Of a stretch of DNA of 64,000 nucleotides, positions 38,010-50,682 are shown piece by piece (positions within the stretch are counted from its first letter, which is position 1; each line of letters starts with the position of its first letter). The notes beneath the pieces were generated by a model, which saw only the letters and a program-made list of their open reading frames with translations, ran no database searches and had not been told where the DNA came from. The stretch is taken from NCBI GenBank assembly GCA_041660065.1, contig JBAZXC010000001.1, positions 392,535 through 456,534 on the forward strand, in the 5' to 3' direction. Origin of the DNA: Parcubacteria group bacterium. GTDB lineage: Bacteria; Patescibacteriota; Minisyncoccia; Moranbacterales; GCA-2747515. The position numbers and the translations under genes were made by a program.

Positions 38010-39923
38010 TTACTCAATTATCGCTTTGATCCTCCGGACACCTGCGCTGGACGATTCTTCTTTCTTGATCTTGAATACACCTTTGATATCTCCCGTATTG
38101 GTCACATGGGGACCACCGCAGATCTCATTGGAGAATCCTTCCACAGAATATACTTTCACCACATCACCATATTTATTTTCAAAAGCACCTTCCGCCCCAC
38201 TCGCTTTGGCGTCGTCCAAGCTCATTTCTTTCATCACCACCGGCACCTTTGCGTGAATTGCCTCATTGACATAATCCTCTACAGCCTTTTTTTGTCCATC
38301 GGTCATTTTCTCCGAATGGGAAAAATCAAAACGTACACGCTCCCCGTTGATATTGGATCCCTTCTGATGCACGTGTTCACCGAGAACTTTCCGCAACCCA
38401 GCTAGCATCAAATGAGCCGCAGTGTGCAACTGCATCGTTTCTTCTTTATTATCAGCCAAACCACCCTTGAACATACCCGCACTTGCCGTACGTGAAAGTT
38501 CTTGATGTTTTTTTAATTCTTCTGAAAATTCTTTTTTTAATAACTCCTTCTGTTGATTATTTATTTTTTTTCCTGCTATTTCTTCCAACTCTTCCAGTGT
38601 CATTTCCAAAGGAAAACCATAACTTTGGTAAAAATCAAAAAGCCATTTACCTCTTTTTGTCTCAGGTAGCATTTCTGTATTTCGATTTTCTTCATCATAC
38701 AAAAATAATATTTTATACTTTTCTTTAATTCTAAAACGTTGTTTTTTGATTTCTTTTATTCCTCTTTCTATAGTTTCTCTAAATTTCTCCTCCTCCTTTC
38801 CCAGTGCAGCCAAAATATTATCATCCAAAATTTCCGGATAAATTTCACCATAAATTATCTGTACCACTTTGGCAATTTCTACGGTAAAATTATTTTTAAT
38901 ATCTAAAAAATGACCTTGTCTCACAGCGCGACGAATTAACCGACGGAGAATATAACCTCGTCCTGTGTTTTCTGGAGTTACTCCATCGGCAATAATAAAA
39001 ACACTTGCCTTAATATGATCAGCAATAATTCGCATCGCGCGCATATCGCCAATCCAACATTCTGGCATTTCATCAAAACCTAAATCACCTTTTTTAAAAG
39101 AATATTTTTTTCCAGAGAGTTCTTCAATTTTTTCAATTATTGGGACAAACAGACTAGTTTGATAATTATCACTGAGACCGTTGATAGCGGATAACACACG
39201 AATGAGCCCCATCCCCGTATCAACATTTTGACTGGCCATTTTTACATATTCACCTTTTTCATTTTTGTGATATTCCATGAAAACATCATTCCAGATCTCC
39301 ACCCACAGATCATTGTCATCGTTAAAACTCTTCGGAACATCATTTGCATCCCCTACCCAATAAAACATTTCCGTGTCCGGTCCACAGGGTCCAGTCTCTC
39401 CTGCAGGTCCCCACCAATTATTTTTGCGTGGTAACTTGGCAATTCTTTCGATCGGCAAACCATTTGCGTCAAATATCTCTTTCCATAATCCATATGCCTC
39501 ACTGTCAAAAGGAATTTCACTGGAAGTCCCTTCATTTTCTCCCGTAAATACCGAAACAGCAATTCTGTTTTTATCAAGCCCCAACCATTCTGAAGATGTC
39601 AAAAACTCCCAACTCCATTGAATAGCATCTTTTTTGAAATAATCTCCCAGCGACCAATTCCCCAACATCTCAAAAAAAGTATGATGTGTCGCATCTCCCA
39701 CTTCATCAATATCGATAGTACGAATGCATTTTTGCGCATTTGCCAATCGCGTCCCTTCAGGATGCTTTTCCCCCATCAAATATGGCACAAGCGGATGCAT
39801 CCCCGCTGTGATAAAAAGCGTGGTCGGATCATTTTCCGGCACGATCGACGCTGATGGAATGATCCTGTGTCCTTTGGATTGAAAAAATTCCAAATATTTT
39901 TTTCGTAATTCTTCTGCTTTCAT
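38010..39923 (-). CDS. alaS: Alanine--tRNA ligase (short form without C-Ala)
   Basis: AGMHPL, HHTFFEMLGNWS, GPCGP, VDTGMG, HTAAH, CGGPH. Confidence 0.97.
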   Translation of the reverse strand: MKAEELRKKYLEFFQSKGHRIIPSASIVPENDPTTLFITAGMHPLVPYLMGEKHPEGTRLANAQKCIRTIDIDEVGDATHHTFFEMLGNWSLGDYFKKDAIQWSWEFLTSSEWLGLDKNRIAVSVFTGENEGTSSEIPFDSEAYGLWKEIFDANGLPIERIAKLPRKNNWWGPAGETGPCGPDTEMFYWVGDANDVPKSFNDDNDLWVEIWNDVFMEYHKNEKGEYVKMASQNVDTGMGLIRVLSAINGLSDNYQTSLFVPIIEKIEELSGKKYSFKKGDLGFDEMPECWIGDMRAMRIIADHIKASVFIIADGVTPENTGRGYILRRLIRRAVRQGHFLDIKNNFTVEIAKVVQIIYGEIYPEILDDNILAALGKEEEKFRETIERGIKEIKKQRFRIKEKYKILFLYDEENRNTEMLPETKRGKWLFDFYQSYGFPLEMTLEELEEIAGKKINNQQKELLKKEFSEELKKHQELSRTASAGMFKGGLADNKEETMQLHTAAHLMLAGLRKVLGEHVHQKGSNINGERVRFDFSHSEKMTDGQKKAVEDYVNEAIHAKVPVVMKEMSLDDAKASGAEGAFENKYGDVVKVYSVEGFSNEICGGPHVTNTGDIKGVFKIKKEESSSAGVRRIKAIIE

Positions 39924-39943
39924 AAATATAATTATCTTGGCGT

Positions 39944-40195
39944 TTATCTAAAATACTCTTTCTTTAACTTTGTGGTCACATCGCGGAAATCACTGATGAG
40001 CAAACCCGCACTCTTTAATCGATCGTCCAAAAGTGAATAGTTTGTCATGACTGCATCGAATTCTTCCTCATTAGACGTTTTTTCCAATTCTTCGCTACAT
40101 GATCTCAACGTATAAAGCAGTGATGATGGAATCTTTTTTTCTTTGGCGTCAAAAATTTCCTCGATCATTTCATGTAATGTTTTTTCTCTTTTCAT
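39944..40195 (-). CDS. Hypothetical protein
   Basis: 83-aa ORF with operon-like spacing. Confidence 0.6.
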   Translation of the reverse strand: MKREKTLHEMIEEIFDAKEKKIPSSLLYTLRSCSEELEKTSNEEEFDAVMTNYSLLDDRLKSAGLLISDFRDVTTKLKKEYFR

Positions 40196-40205
40196 AGATA
40201 ATTGT

Positions 40206-40481
40206 TTACGATAAATCGATCAAACTCTTTTTGAGATGACGCAACTCATCGGTTATAAATGTCGTGCGATCCACCATTGTCCGTGTTTCTTCCTTATTCT
40301 CCTTGATATACATTTCAAGTCTGCTCCGCTCGTCTTCCAAGCGTCGCAGATCATCTTTCAATTCACCTTGGCGACGTTCCAATTTTTTGAGATCGGATTG
40401 ATATGAAATCTGCTGCATCATCAGCTGTCGCCTCTTTTTTGAACGATCTTCCTCCGTCATGTCCCGTGTATCCGTATACAT
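40206..40481 (-). CDS. Coiled-coil hypothetical protein
   Basis: 91 aa with heptad pattern. Confidence 0.65.
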   Translation of the reverse strand: MYTDTRDMTEEDRSKKRRQLMMQQISYQSDLKKLERRQGELKDDLRRLEDERSRLEMYIKENKEETRTMVDRTTFITDELRHLKKSLIDLS

Positions 40482-40595
40482 AATTGTGTCTCACACTCAA
40501 TAATTATTCCCCCACAGTATTATGATACGACAAAACACTGTGGAATTCAAGTGATTTCACTCTATTGAAGAAAAAGCTTATGTCAATCAAAGATA

Positions 40596-42374
40596 TCATT
40601 CCGTATCCTTGCGTGTTTTGTCAATCAGACTTCTCACCGATTGCAGATCCACTGACGGTTTTTTGGACGAGTGTTGAAATTTCTTTGGAGCCACATGCTG
40701 CAATCGTGACAGACTCATCGTTTTTTCCCCCGTGGACAAGATGATATCCTCTTCAACGATTTCTTTTTTTTCCACCGGTGGTTTTTTTTGATATGGTTTT
40801 TTTTGTGGAGATTCACCCGCATTTCCTTGCACTTTTGCCACTACACGCTGATGATCTTTGAAGCATTCTTTGCAAAAAACAGGACGATTACCATCCGGCT
40901 TGAACGGTACCTGAATCGCCAAATCACATGTTGCACACACAGCATCATATATTGGTTTATCCACTACAACCGCGTTATTCTCATTATTGACGACAATGCG
41001 TGGTTCCTCGCTTTTTGTTGCCGGAATAACTACAGTCGTTGTTTCTTGCGGATTTCTCACAACACTTTTTTCTCCAGCATCACTTTGTGGTGTTGCCGTC
41101 ACGACCATGCCACTCCATCGTGCAATTTTTTCTTCCACTTCTTTCTTGTCTTGCGAATATCGTTCTCGTGACACCTTGATCACTTTTTCCGTACTATCCT
41201 CAAATCTTCTTTCAATCGGAGGCAACGTCGTTGCGCTAAAAGCATCGCCTGCAATACCATCGATCATCAACTTCAAATAGATATTGAATTTTGGCAAATT
41301 CACGATATCATTCATTGTGAAGATCGGTTCAAATTCTTTCTCCAAATATTCCGCATCCGCCGCGCCAACACGAAACGATACCAACGTCCCGACGTTTCCA
41401 AAAATTGCATCACGCACCACTTCTTCCAACTGTGTGATATATTGATTTGCCAATATGAGATTCAAACGATACTTACGCGCCTCGGACAAGATGTTCGCAA
41501 ACGATTCTGTTGAAAAGTTTTGAAACTCATCCACATATAGATAAAAATCCTTACGATCACCCTCTTCCATATCCACACGAGCCATTGCGGCAAGCTGGAT
41601 CTTTGTGATAAGCATCGCACCGATAAGCGCGCTATTGTCTTCACCGATCCGCCCCTTGGACAAGTTGAGTATGAGGATCTTTCGTTCATCCATGATCGTT
41701 CGCACGTCAAATGCTGATTTCGTTTGTCCGATAATATTACGAATGATCGGATTTGTAATAAATTGTCCAACTTTATTTTGGATCGGCGAGATCACTTCCT
41801 GCAAAACACGCTCATTCCATTTGGGAAATTCTTCCGCCCAAAAAGCCTTTACTACAGGATCTTGGATGTGATTGACAACACGAATGCGATACTTTTTGTC
41901 CACCAAGATACGCATAACGCCGAGTAGCGTGCTACCCGGGTATTCCAATAGCGCAAGGATCGCATTGCGTAAAATATATTCCAATCGCGGGCCCCACGAA
42001 TCCGCCCATAATTTCTGGAAGACGCCAATCATACCTGACGCAACCAACGGGCGAAATTCCGGAGCAACCTCCTCCATAACATTGAATGAGATCGGAAAAT
42101 TTTGATCCGCGGGATTGAAATAGATCACATCATTAATGCGGTTCGGCGGGATCATACTGATCAACTTTTCAGCAGTGTCCCCATGCGGATCGATAAAACA
42201 CACACCATGCCCATTGAGAATATCTTGCACAGCAAGATTTTCCAGCATATTTGTCTTTCCCATACCGGTCTTACCAATAGCATACATATGTCTGCGACGA
42301 TCATCAGTTTTGATACCAAATGCTGCTCTTCTGTTGCGAAAATTTGTTTCTGCAAATGCTGTAATTTCACTCAT
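40596..42374 (-). CDS. VirD4/TraD-like (HerA-FtsK superfamily) ATPase with C-terminal CxxC-x17-CxxC domain
   Basis: GKTGMGKT, IDPHGD, YVDEFQNF, EARKY; CATC-x17-CKEC. Confidence 0.88.
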   Translation of the reverse strand: MSEITAFAETNFRNRRAAFGIKTDDRRRHMYAIGKTGMGKTNMLENLAVQDILNGHGVCFIDPHGDTAEKLISMIPPNRINDVIYFNPADQNFPISFNVMEEVAPEFRPLVASGMIGVFQKLWADSWGPRLEYILRNAILALLEYPGSTLLGVMRILVDKKYRIRVVNHIQDPVVKAFWAEEFPKWNERVLQEVISPIQNKVGQFITNPIIRNIIGQTKSAFDVRTIMDERKILILNLSKGRIGEDNSALIGAMLITKIQLAAMARVDMEEGDRKDFYLYVDEFQNFSTESFANILSEARKYRLNLILANQYITQLEEVVRDAIFGNVGTLVSFRVGAADAEYLEKEFEPIFTMNDIVNLPKFNIYLKLMIDGIAGDAFSATTLPPIERRFEDSTEKVIKVSRERYSQDKKEVEEKIARWSGMVVTATPQSDAGEKSVVRNPQETTTVVIPATKSEEPRIVVNNENNAVVVDKPIYDAVCATCDLAIQVPFKPDGNRPVFCKECFKDHQRVVAKVQGNAGESPQKKPYQKKPPVEKKEIVEEDIILSTGEKTMSLSRLQHVAPKKFQHSSKKPSVDLQSVRSLIDKTRKDTE

Positions 42375-42416
42375 AAATACACATTAAATTACTATTCTAC
42401 GATTATACCAGCTTTA

Positions 42417-43670
42417 TCACCCAAACGGAAGATTGCTTGGTGCACTACCACGACGAGAATCCGTCCATCGCACACCCGGTGCGGCAACCGACATATCCGG
42501 CAAATGAAACACCGTTGCCAATTCCTCCGTACTAAGATGAAACTGATACCCCGTATCATCACGATCGCGATAGCGTTCGAGGATCTTGCGCATACGATAT
42601 GCCGATCGGCTCTCTGTAAACACATAATCCGCATACACCTTTGAGCGATCAACAGGAACAAATTGGTTGGTATGGTTGTCAGAAAATTGTTTGATCGAAG
42701 ACATCGCACCGGACAACATCGTTGCTGTAAAAAAATCTTTCTTTCCCACAACAACTAATCGCATATTGACTTGAAACATCGCCTTTGCAATATTTTCTTC
42801 GAGAGATTTCAACGTTTGTTTTTCTCCCGGCGTCAAGCGAAACTCCAAGGGACCCTCCTCTTTTTTTTGTTCGCCAAAGGGCGTAAACTCCGGCGGTTGA
42901 AACAATCCTGTAAACAGATTGCCAAAAACATCTTTTATATCATGAAACACACGATCAAAAATACTTTTTGGTTTTGCCTTCTTTCCTAAAAATTCTTGTA
43001 CGGTGTCCTTGCCCCAACTATCAAACCAGTCCGGACGATCTGTCTGAATGATATATTGCAACCAGATATGTTGTCCCGGACCCAATACACTGATCGACTC
43101 CAAAATACTCGCAAGCGGATCAATCATCTTTCCTGTGACGTCTTCTTCGAAATATTTATATGTTTTGATCGGATATGCGTCTGCTTTTAATAATTTGAGA
43201 TCAAAGCCCTTGAGCGTCCATTCCTTATTTGGGATTACACGCGGAATTTTATATACATAATCTTCCACCTCCATGATCTCGAGACCGGGATATTGTGCAT
43301 AGAGAGAACTTTCCACAAGTGAGCGAAAAATACCTGGCGTTCGAATATAGAAATGTGCCACACCCTCCGTGCCAACGATCTCCAAACTAAAAAATGGATT
43401 TTGTGCACAATGGCAATATTTGTTGATCATGTTAACGCCCGCATCTGTTGCCGCAATACTGTCAAAAAATCGCTCCATGATCTTTGGGCTTTTTTCTATA
43501 TCGCGTGGAGCAAAAAGCTCCAATAACACTTCATTTTGACTGCCCAAAAAATCCTTGATACACACATAGCGCATCCATAAACTGCGAAAAATCAAATAAA
43601 AAGTCACCGGTATGGCAATATACCAGGTCATGTGAAATACATATAGTAGTTGAGAAAAAAATTCTATCAT
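42417..43670 (-). CDS. Membrane-anchored hypothetical protein, likely partner of the VirD4-like ATPase
   Basis: FSLEI, LYAQYP, YPIKTY, LSTEELATVFHLP, AP.NLP motifs. Confidence 0.75.
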   Translation of the reverse strand: MIEFFSQLLYVFHMTWYIAIPVTFYLIFRSLWMRYVCIKDFLGSQNEVLLELFAPRDIEKSPKIMERFFDSIAATDAGVNMINKYCHCAQNPFFSLEIVGTEGVAHFYIRTPGIFRSLVESSLYAQYPGLEIMEVEDYVYKIPRVIPNKEWTLKGFDLKLLKADAYPIKTYKYFEEDVTGKMIDPLASILESISVLGPGQHIWLQYIIQTDRPDWFDSWGKDTVQEFLGKKAKPKSIFDRVFHDIKDVFGNLFTGLFQPPEFTPFGEQKKEEGPLEFRLTPGEKQTLKSLEENIAKAMFQVNMRLVVVGKKDFFTATMLSGAMSSIKQFSDNHTNQFVPVDRSKVYADYVFTESRSAYRMRKILERYRDRDDTGYQFHLSTEELATVFHLPDMSVAAPGVRWTDSRRGSAPSNLPFG

Positions 43671-43724
43671 GAAAACGCTGATCACATATGATCACATATT
43701 ATCCATCACAGAATTATTATAGCA

Positions 43725-44777
43725 TTATTTACGCTTCGTATCTAGAGTATATTTTTTGTTGAGTTTTTTTGCAACCGCATTCAGATTTACCTTGATCGTT
43801 GACGGTTTGACATAACGCATTGTCAATACGCGCTCAACCACTTCCTCTGCTGTAAGAGGTTCATCAGAGTTGTTCAATACATTTTCAATCACATCTTTCA
43901 CCGTTCCTTTAATATAGCTCTCCGTATTAAGCGCGTAAACGCCACGTCCAACCAAGACGAAATTTTTATCACGGATCAACTCGTTATGCACTGTTTGTGG
44001 ATGAGATTTTTTTCCTTTTTTCCCAAGTCCGTAGTGATCGATCGCTTCTGCAATCTCGCGAAAATGCATCGGTTTGTTTTGCTCTTTCATAATGAGCAAC
44101 GCTTTCTCACGCACACCGCGCGGTGATACATCATCCCATTCAACAATCCCCCATTTATCAAATGGATTTTTCCCAATTTCACGTGAAACAATGAGATATT
44201 TTATCAGCTGATCATGGTCAATATTTTCGTGTGTAGATGCAACATGTTTATGAATATGATCGATCGTATGCACTTTTTGTTGCGCCTCTAATAGTTCTTT
44301 GACGAGATTATGCACAGCAAACCACTTTTCCACATCAAAATCAGCGTGCATGACAACGCGCTCTTCAACCGGATACTTCTTTACATTCACAAACTCCACA
44401 TCTGTTAAACCCTCTATAAAAAAACGCACAGAGCCTCGTGAAGAATATTCTTCTCCACCAAGAAAATCAATGATCGCATTCTCTGCAACAATGCCATGAT
44501 GCTTTTGCACAAAATCCGTAATTGCATTTTGTACCATTTCCAGATCATCATGCTCTTCGACATCCCGCATACTTTTAAGACCGGATTGGACAATTTGTCG
44601 CACCCTCTCTCTCGTAATGTTATATTCATCACCGATTGCCTGCAATGTCAGAGGTTTTTTTTCTGTTACACCAAATCGTTTTGCAATGATATCCTGTGAT
44701 CTTTCCGGCAAATGACTTAAAACAGCACGAAAAACGCCGTGCAAATCAATGTGTTCTTTTTTTTCATCATTTTTCAT
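43725..44777 (-). CDS. Sigma70 region-4-like HTH plus HARE-HTH (RNAP delta-like) protein
   Basis: TLQAIGDEYNITRERVRQI; KPMHFREIA...TVHNELIRD..FVLVGRGVYAL. Confidence 0.8.
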   Translation of the reverse strand: MKNDEKKEHIDLHGVFRAVLSHLPERSQDIIAKRFGVTEKKPLTLQAIGDEYNITRERVRQIVQSGLKSMRDVEEHDDLEMVQNAITDFVQKHHGIVAENAIIDFLGGEEYSSRGSVRFFIEGLTDVEFVNVKKYPVEERVVMHADFDVEKWFAVHNLVKELLEAQQKVHTIDHIHKHVASTHENIDHDQLIKYLIVSREIGKNPFDKWGIVEWDDVSPRGVREKALLIMKEQNKPMHFREIAEAIDHYGLGKKGKKSHPQTVHNELIRDKNFVLVGRGVYALNTESYIKGTVKDVIENVLNNSDEPLTAEEVVERVLTMRYVKPSTIKVNLNAVAKKLNKKYTLDTKRK

Positions 44778-45032
44778 ATAATTCCTCAATTAATAACCGA
44801 TAAAAAACGCTTAAATATTCCATTACTAATGCAACTTTTTCATAAAAACGAGAAAGAAACACCTATAAGGACCGGTTGTTTATTATAATACAAAAATACT
44901 ACTATGCCAAGTCCTTCCTTTCGTCTTTATGCATAATTTTTATACTTCGTGCCATTCTACCAAATATTTGATTTTTTGTCAAGTTTTCCGTCCCGTGATA
45001 TACTGTACGTGTAATTAATAAATATAAAGAAT

Positions 45033-45560
45033 ATGTCCCCCACACAACCAGTTGTACACTGCGTTTCTTGTGAAGAATTACACGGTGACGCACGAAAGAT
45101 CTTTGACGACTTCATCCAAAAAACCGGCAAAGTACCAAAGTGGCTCCAAGTCATGGGTAATTGTGAAGACACGATGGTCGGATTCTTTTCACTGTTCAAA
45201 TCTGTAATGGACAATGCTCCCGTATCAGCAACGCTCAAATGGAAAGTGGCATATGTCGTGTCAGACATCAACAAATGCGAATTTTGCATTGGCGCAACAA
45301 AAATGAAATTAGTAGAATTTAACGTCTCAGAAGAAGATCTTGCCAATATCGACCAGTCAACAGACGAGAAAGAAAAACTCGCGATCGAATACGCGCGCGC
45401 AACAACAGAGCATGCATATAGCATTGATCCGGAACTGATCGCAAAAATGCAAGCGACATTTACCGACGAAGAAATTGTCGAGATCACTGCGGTAATCGGC
45501 ACATTCAACTTCCTCAATCGTTTCAACGACGCTTTGCGCATCCTGCCGGATACAAAATAA
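45033..45560 (+). CDS. AhpD/carboxymuconolactone decarboxylase family protein
   Basis: VSDINKCEFC; EIVEITAVIG.FNFLNRFN. Confidence 0.85.
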   Translation: MSPTQPVVHCVSCEELHGDARKIFDDFIQKTGKVPKWLQVMGNCEDTMVGFFSLFKSVMDNAPVSATLKWKVAYVVSDINKCEFCIGATKMKLVEFNVSEEDLANIDQSTDEKEKLAIEYARATTEHAYSIDPELIAKMQATFTDEEIVEITAVIGTFNFLNRFNDALRILPDTK

Positions 45561-45584
45561 CAAATTTTTCCTCTACTATTTAGA

Positions 45585-45627
45585 ATAAAAAAACAACCGT
45601 TCGTGTATAAACGGTTGTTTTTTTATT
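45585..45627. terminator. Bidirectional terminator
   Basis: AAAAAAACAACCGTT...AACGGTTGTTTTTTT. Confidence 0.8.
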
Positions 45628-45663
45628 ATAAGTCGCATACAGCATGTTCCTTGCACCGTATCT

Positions 45664-46089
45664 TTATAATCCTCTGCGTGAAAGATACTTTTTGGCGATC
45701 TTGATCTTTGATAACTCTTGTTCAAGTGCCGCCGCAACGCGCGCGTATTCCACTTCATCTGTACGAATGACGTTGTTTTTGATATCCTCTGCACGTTTGC
45801 GCGCCGCTTCTGCCGCTTCGATATCAATCTCTTCTGCACGAAGTGCCTCATCCGCAAGCACTGTCAATTGATTATCCGCAAATTCCAAGAAGCCTCCCAC
45901 CACAGCAATATTGCTCTCCTGCGTACCTTTTTTTGTCGTGATCTCACCCACCTTGAGAGACGCAATGTACGATCGATGTTTTGGCAAGATCGTCACTTCT
46001 CCGTCACTGACCGGCAATGTGACTTGGTCCACCTCGCCCTCAAATACGACTCTTTCCGGCGTGATCACTTTTAGTGTAATAAGTGACAT
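45664..46089 (-). CDS. atpC: ATP synthase epsilon subunit
   Basis: ITPE, GEVTILPKH, GGFLE. Confidence 0.95.
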   Translation of the reverse strand: MSLITLKVITPERVVFEGEVDQVTLPVSDGEVTILPKHRSYIASLKVGEITTKKGTQESNIAVVGGFLEFADNQLTVLADEALRAEEIDIEAAEAARKRAEDIKNNVIRTDEVEYARVAAALEQELSKIKIAKKYLSRRGL

Positions 46090-46107
46090 AATATACTCAC
46101 GTAAAAA

Positions 46108-47575
<1,468 letters not shown>

Positions 47576-47654
47576 CCTTGCTCTACAAATTTCATCTGTG
47601 AAAATCACGGTCAAAACTCAAATAATTTTAAGTTTTGAATGGTAATTTTAGCTA

Positions 47655-47683
47655 TTGACTTTTGCTTATAAATATGCTATAAT
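47655..47683 (+). promoter_or_regulatory. Sigma70 promoter antisense to the atp operon
   Basis: TTGACT, 17 bp, TATAAT with extended TG. Confidence 0.75.
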
Positions 47684-47741
47684 GAAAGAAAGTGATAAAT
47701 CCAACAAAACTCTCAAAACGTTCTTTTAAAGGAGTCAGACC

Positions 47742-47978
47742 ATGAAAAAAATAGCAGTAATACTTTTGGCGTCAGTGTTGTCCATTTCCCTTGTGACAAG
47801 CGGGGTTGGGACACTGGTTGACGATTGGAAAACCGCCAATTTATACGGTTCAACTGATTGGGGTTGGGCACTTAGCAGTGTGCCCCTCCTGATATTTATG
47901 GTCATCACGGCGATTTTTATCATAATCTGTTCGATAGGATATGCCTCCTTGACACCATCAGAACAGCAGACCAACTGA
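47742..47978 (+). CDS. Small two-TM membrane protein inserted between atpG and atpD
   Basis: AAGGAG SD, own promoter and terminator. Confidence 0.75.
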   Translation: MKKIAVILLASVLSISLVTSGVGTLVDDWKTANLYGSTDWGWALSSVPLLIFMVITAIFIIICSIGYASLTPSEQQTN

Positions 47979-47995
47979 CCCACTGTTGTTCATAT

Positions 47996-48040
47996 ACCAC
48001 ATTTTGCAAACAATATTTGCAGAGTGTGGTTTTATTTTTT
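47996..48040 (+). terminator. Intrinsic terminator
   Basis: ACCACATTTTGCAAA...TTTGCAGAGTGTGGT followed by a T-rich tail. Confidence 0.7.
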
Positions 48041-48128
48041 AAATAACTTTTTTCCAAAATTTCAATTTTGGAGTCTGGATCATTGTGTATTGATCCACAA
48101 TTCAAAATTGAAATTTCTTTTTATTTCT

Positions 48129-48185
48129 ACTTTATGAACTTTACAAGCTTTACAAACTTTCTACTTTATAAACTTTACAAACTTT
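48129..48185. repeat. 9-nt tandem tract
   Basis: ACTTTATGA ACTTTACAA GCTTTACAA ACTTTCT ACTTTATAA ACTTTACAA. Confidence 0.75.
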
Positions 48186-49142
48186 CTACTCCAACGCTGC
48201 TCTCCCTGCGCTGATCTCCGCGATCTCTTGCGTGATCTTCATCTGACGGATTTGGTTATAGGCGAGTGTCAGGTCTGCGCTCATATCCTTTGCAGCATCT
48301 GTGGCGTTTTTCATCGCAACCATGCGTGCGGATTCTTTGGATGCGTTGGATTCCAAGATCGCATGATAGAGTTGCATCTCGATGAGTCTGGGAAAAATGT
48401 GCGTCAAAACCGCGTCAGGACTCGGCTCAACCTTATATTCTGTCAACGGTTTTTTGAGGCCATGCTCTTTCGCGAGATTGTTCATCTCCACAATTTGTTT
48501 TTCGAGATCCACTTTGGATATCGGTAATATTTGTCTGATCTTTGGCTGTTGCATCACTGTGGACACATAATCCGTATAAGCGATCACCACCTTGTCATAT
48601 TTTTTCTCCAGATAATCATCGATCACAATTTTTGACAAAGGACGCACTTGCTCAATGCCCGGGAGATAGGTCAGATCCGGGAAGGAGGCAATGATCTCCC
48701 TGCCCAGTTTTTTGACCAATGATTCTCCTTTGCGGCCAACAGTGATAAAATCGATCTTCAAATCTTCATTCGCAACATGTGACTGAATTGTTTTTGTGCC
48801 GATACGATTGACCTTGAGTTTTTCCGGATGCGTGATCTCTTCTTTGATCTTTTTCATGATCTGTGCATTGAATGAACCACATAATCCGCGATTTGATGTG
48901 ATCGCCACGATCAAGACGTTCTTCACCTCACGTACCTCCAACAAACCGTAATTGTACTGGTCAAACGACCGCGCGAGATTGGTCAAGACGCTCCATGCGG
49001 CATGCGCATAAGCACGAATTTGCAATACACGCTCTGTGGATTTGCGCATTTTTGCAGCAGAAACCATCTCCATCGCACGTGTGATCTTGCCCGTATTATT
49101 GATTGATTTGATCCGTCGCCGGATTTCCTTGGAATTTAACAT
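48186..49142 (-). CDS. atpG: ATP synthase gamma subunit
   Basis: KITRAMEMV, RGLCG.FN, ARMVAM.NAT, RQ.KITQEI.EI. Confidence 0.97.
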   Translation of the reverse strand: MLNSKEIRRRIKSINNTGKITRAMEMVSAAKMRKSTERVLQIRAYAHAAWSVLTNLARSFDQYNYGLLEVREVKNVLIVAITSNRGLCGSFNAQIMKKIKEEITHPEKLKVNRIGTKTIQSHVANEDLKIDFITVGRKGESLVKKLGREIIASFPDLTYLPGIEQVRPLSKIVIDDYLEKKYDKVVIAYTDYVSTVMQQPKIRQILPISKVDLEKQIVEMNNLAKEHGLKKPLTEYKVEPSPDAVLTHIFPRLIEMQLYHAILESNASKESARMVAMKNATDAAKDMSADLTLAYNQIRQMKITQEIAEISAGRAALE

Positions 49143-49144
49143 AC

Positions 49145-50647
49145 CTATTCTACAAAAGTTTCTTTAAAATCTTTGATCGCTTGTTCCAGACGCGCAGTGA
49201 TGTCATCAGTGAGCTCTTTCTTTGCAACGATATCTTGTAATAATTCTTTTTGCTGTGTACGCAAATACAAGCAGAACGCCTTTTCCCATCCGAGAACTTT
49301 TGCCACGTCCACATCATCGACAAAACCGTTGATCAACGCATAGATCACTGACGCCTGCTCTTCAAAAGGCATCGGGGAATACTGATCTTGTTTCAATAAT
49401 TCTACAGTACGACGACCGCGTTCGATTTGCGCTCGTGTCTGTGCATCGAGATCCGACCCAAACTGTGCAAACGCTTCCAATTCACGAAACTGTGCAAGAT
49501 CCAAGCGTAACTTTCCCGCAACCTTTTTCATCGCCTTTGTCTGCGCACTTGATCCCACGCGTGACACCGAAAGACCCACATTCAACGCCGGACGGATGCC
49601 CTTATTAAACAAATCTGCTTCCAAGTAGATCTGACCGTCTGTAATTGAGATCACATTCGTCGGAATGTATGCACTAACATCACCCGCTTGTGTCTCGATG
49701 ATCGGCAGTGCAGTGATCGAACCTCCGCCATATTTCTCGTCGCGTTTTGCACTGCGCTCCAACAAGCGTGAATGCAAGTAGAAAATATCTCCAGGATATG
49801 CCTCGCGTCCCGGCGGACGCTTCAAGATCAGAGAGATCTGACGATATGCCCACGCATGTTTGGAAAGATCATCATATACCACCAACACGTCTTTCCCTTG
49901 ATCCATAAAATATTCCGCAATTGCCGCTCCCGCATACGGTGCGATAAATGAATATGCTGCCGGATCTGACGCACCCGCAATAACAATCGTCGTGTACTCC
50001 ATAGCGCCACGCTTCTCCAATTCATTCATGATACGTGCAACTTTAGACTCCTTTTGACCGATTGCTACATACACACAGATCATATCTTGTCCCTTTTGAT
50101 TGATGATCGTGTCAATTGCAATCGCCGTCTTGCCCACCTGTCGATCACCAATGATCAATTCACGCTGTCCACGACCGATCGGGATCATTGCATCGATCGC
50201 TTTGATGCCTGTTTGCACCGGTTGGTGCACAGATTTACGCTCGATCACACCCGGTGCAAGTTTTTCGATCGGATATCGAACATCTGATACAATTTCTTCT
50301 TTCCCATCAACCGCTTTGCCGATTGGATTGATGACGCGACCGATCACTTTTTCTGACACAGGGATAGAGAGAATATTTCCCGTTGAACGCACCTCGTCAC
50401 CCTCTTTGATACCCTTAAAATCACCTAAGACCATGGCACCAACCTGATCCTCCTCAAGATTGAGAGCAACGCCCACCGTACCGTCTGCAAATGTGATCAT
50501 CTCCGACGCCATCACGTCCGACAGACCATCCATGCGCACGATACCATCACGCACTTCGAGCACAGTGCCCACTTTTTCCGATCGCGCATCCATCTCAGCT
50601 TGCGTGATCTGCTTTTTAAGTTGTTCAATGATATAATCTTTGCTCAT
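49145..50647 (-). CDS. atpA: ATP synthase alpha subunit
   Basis: [19 protein letters not shown]. Confidence 0.98.
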   Translation of the reverse strand: MSKDYIIEQLKKQITQAEMDARSEKVGTVLEVRDGIVRMDGLSDVMASEMITFADGTVGVALNLEEDQVGAMVLGDFKGIKEGDEVRSTGNILSIPVSEKVIGRVINPIGKAVDGKEEIVSDVRYPIEKLAPGVIERKSVHQPVQTGIKAIDAMIPIGRGQRELIIGDRQVGKTAIAIDTIINQKGQDMICVYVAIGQKESKVARIMNELEKRGAMEYTTIVIAGASDPAAYSFIAPYAGAAIAEYFMDQGKDVLVVYDDLSKHAWAYRQISLILKRPPGREAYPGDIFYLHSRLLERSAKRDEKYGGGSITALPIIETQAGDVSAYIPTNVISITDGQIYLEADLFNKGIRPALNVGLSVSRVGSSAQTKAMKKVAGKLRLDLAQFRELEAFAQFGSDLDAQTRAQIERGRRTVELLKQDQYSPMPFEEQASVIYALINGFVDDVDVAKVLGWEKAFCLYLRTQQKELLQDIVAKKELTDDITARLEQAIKDFKETFVE

Positions 50648-50682
50648 AAATATTGTATAAAAATTGTTACTTTTTGAATTAT

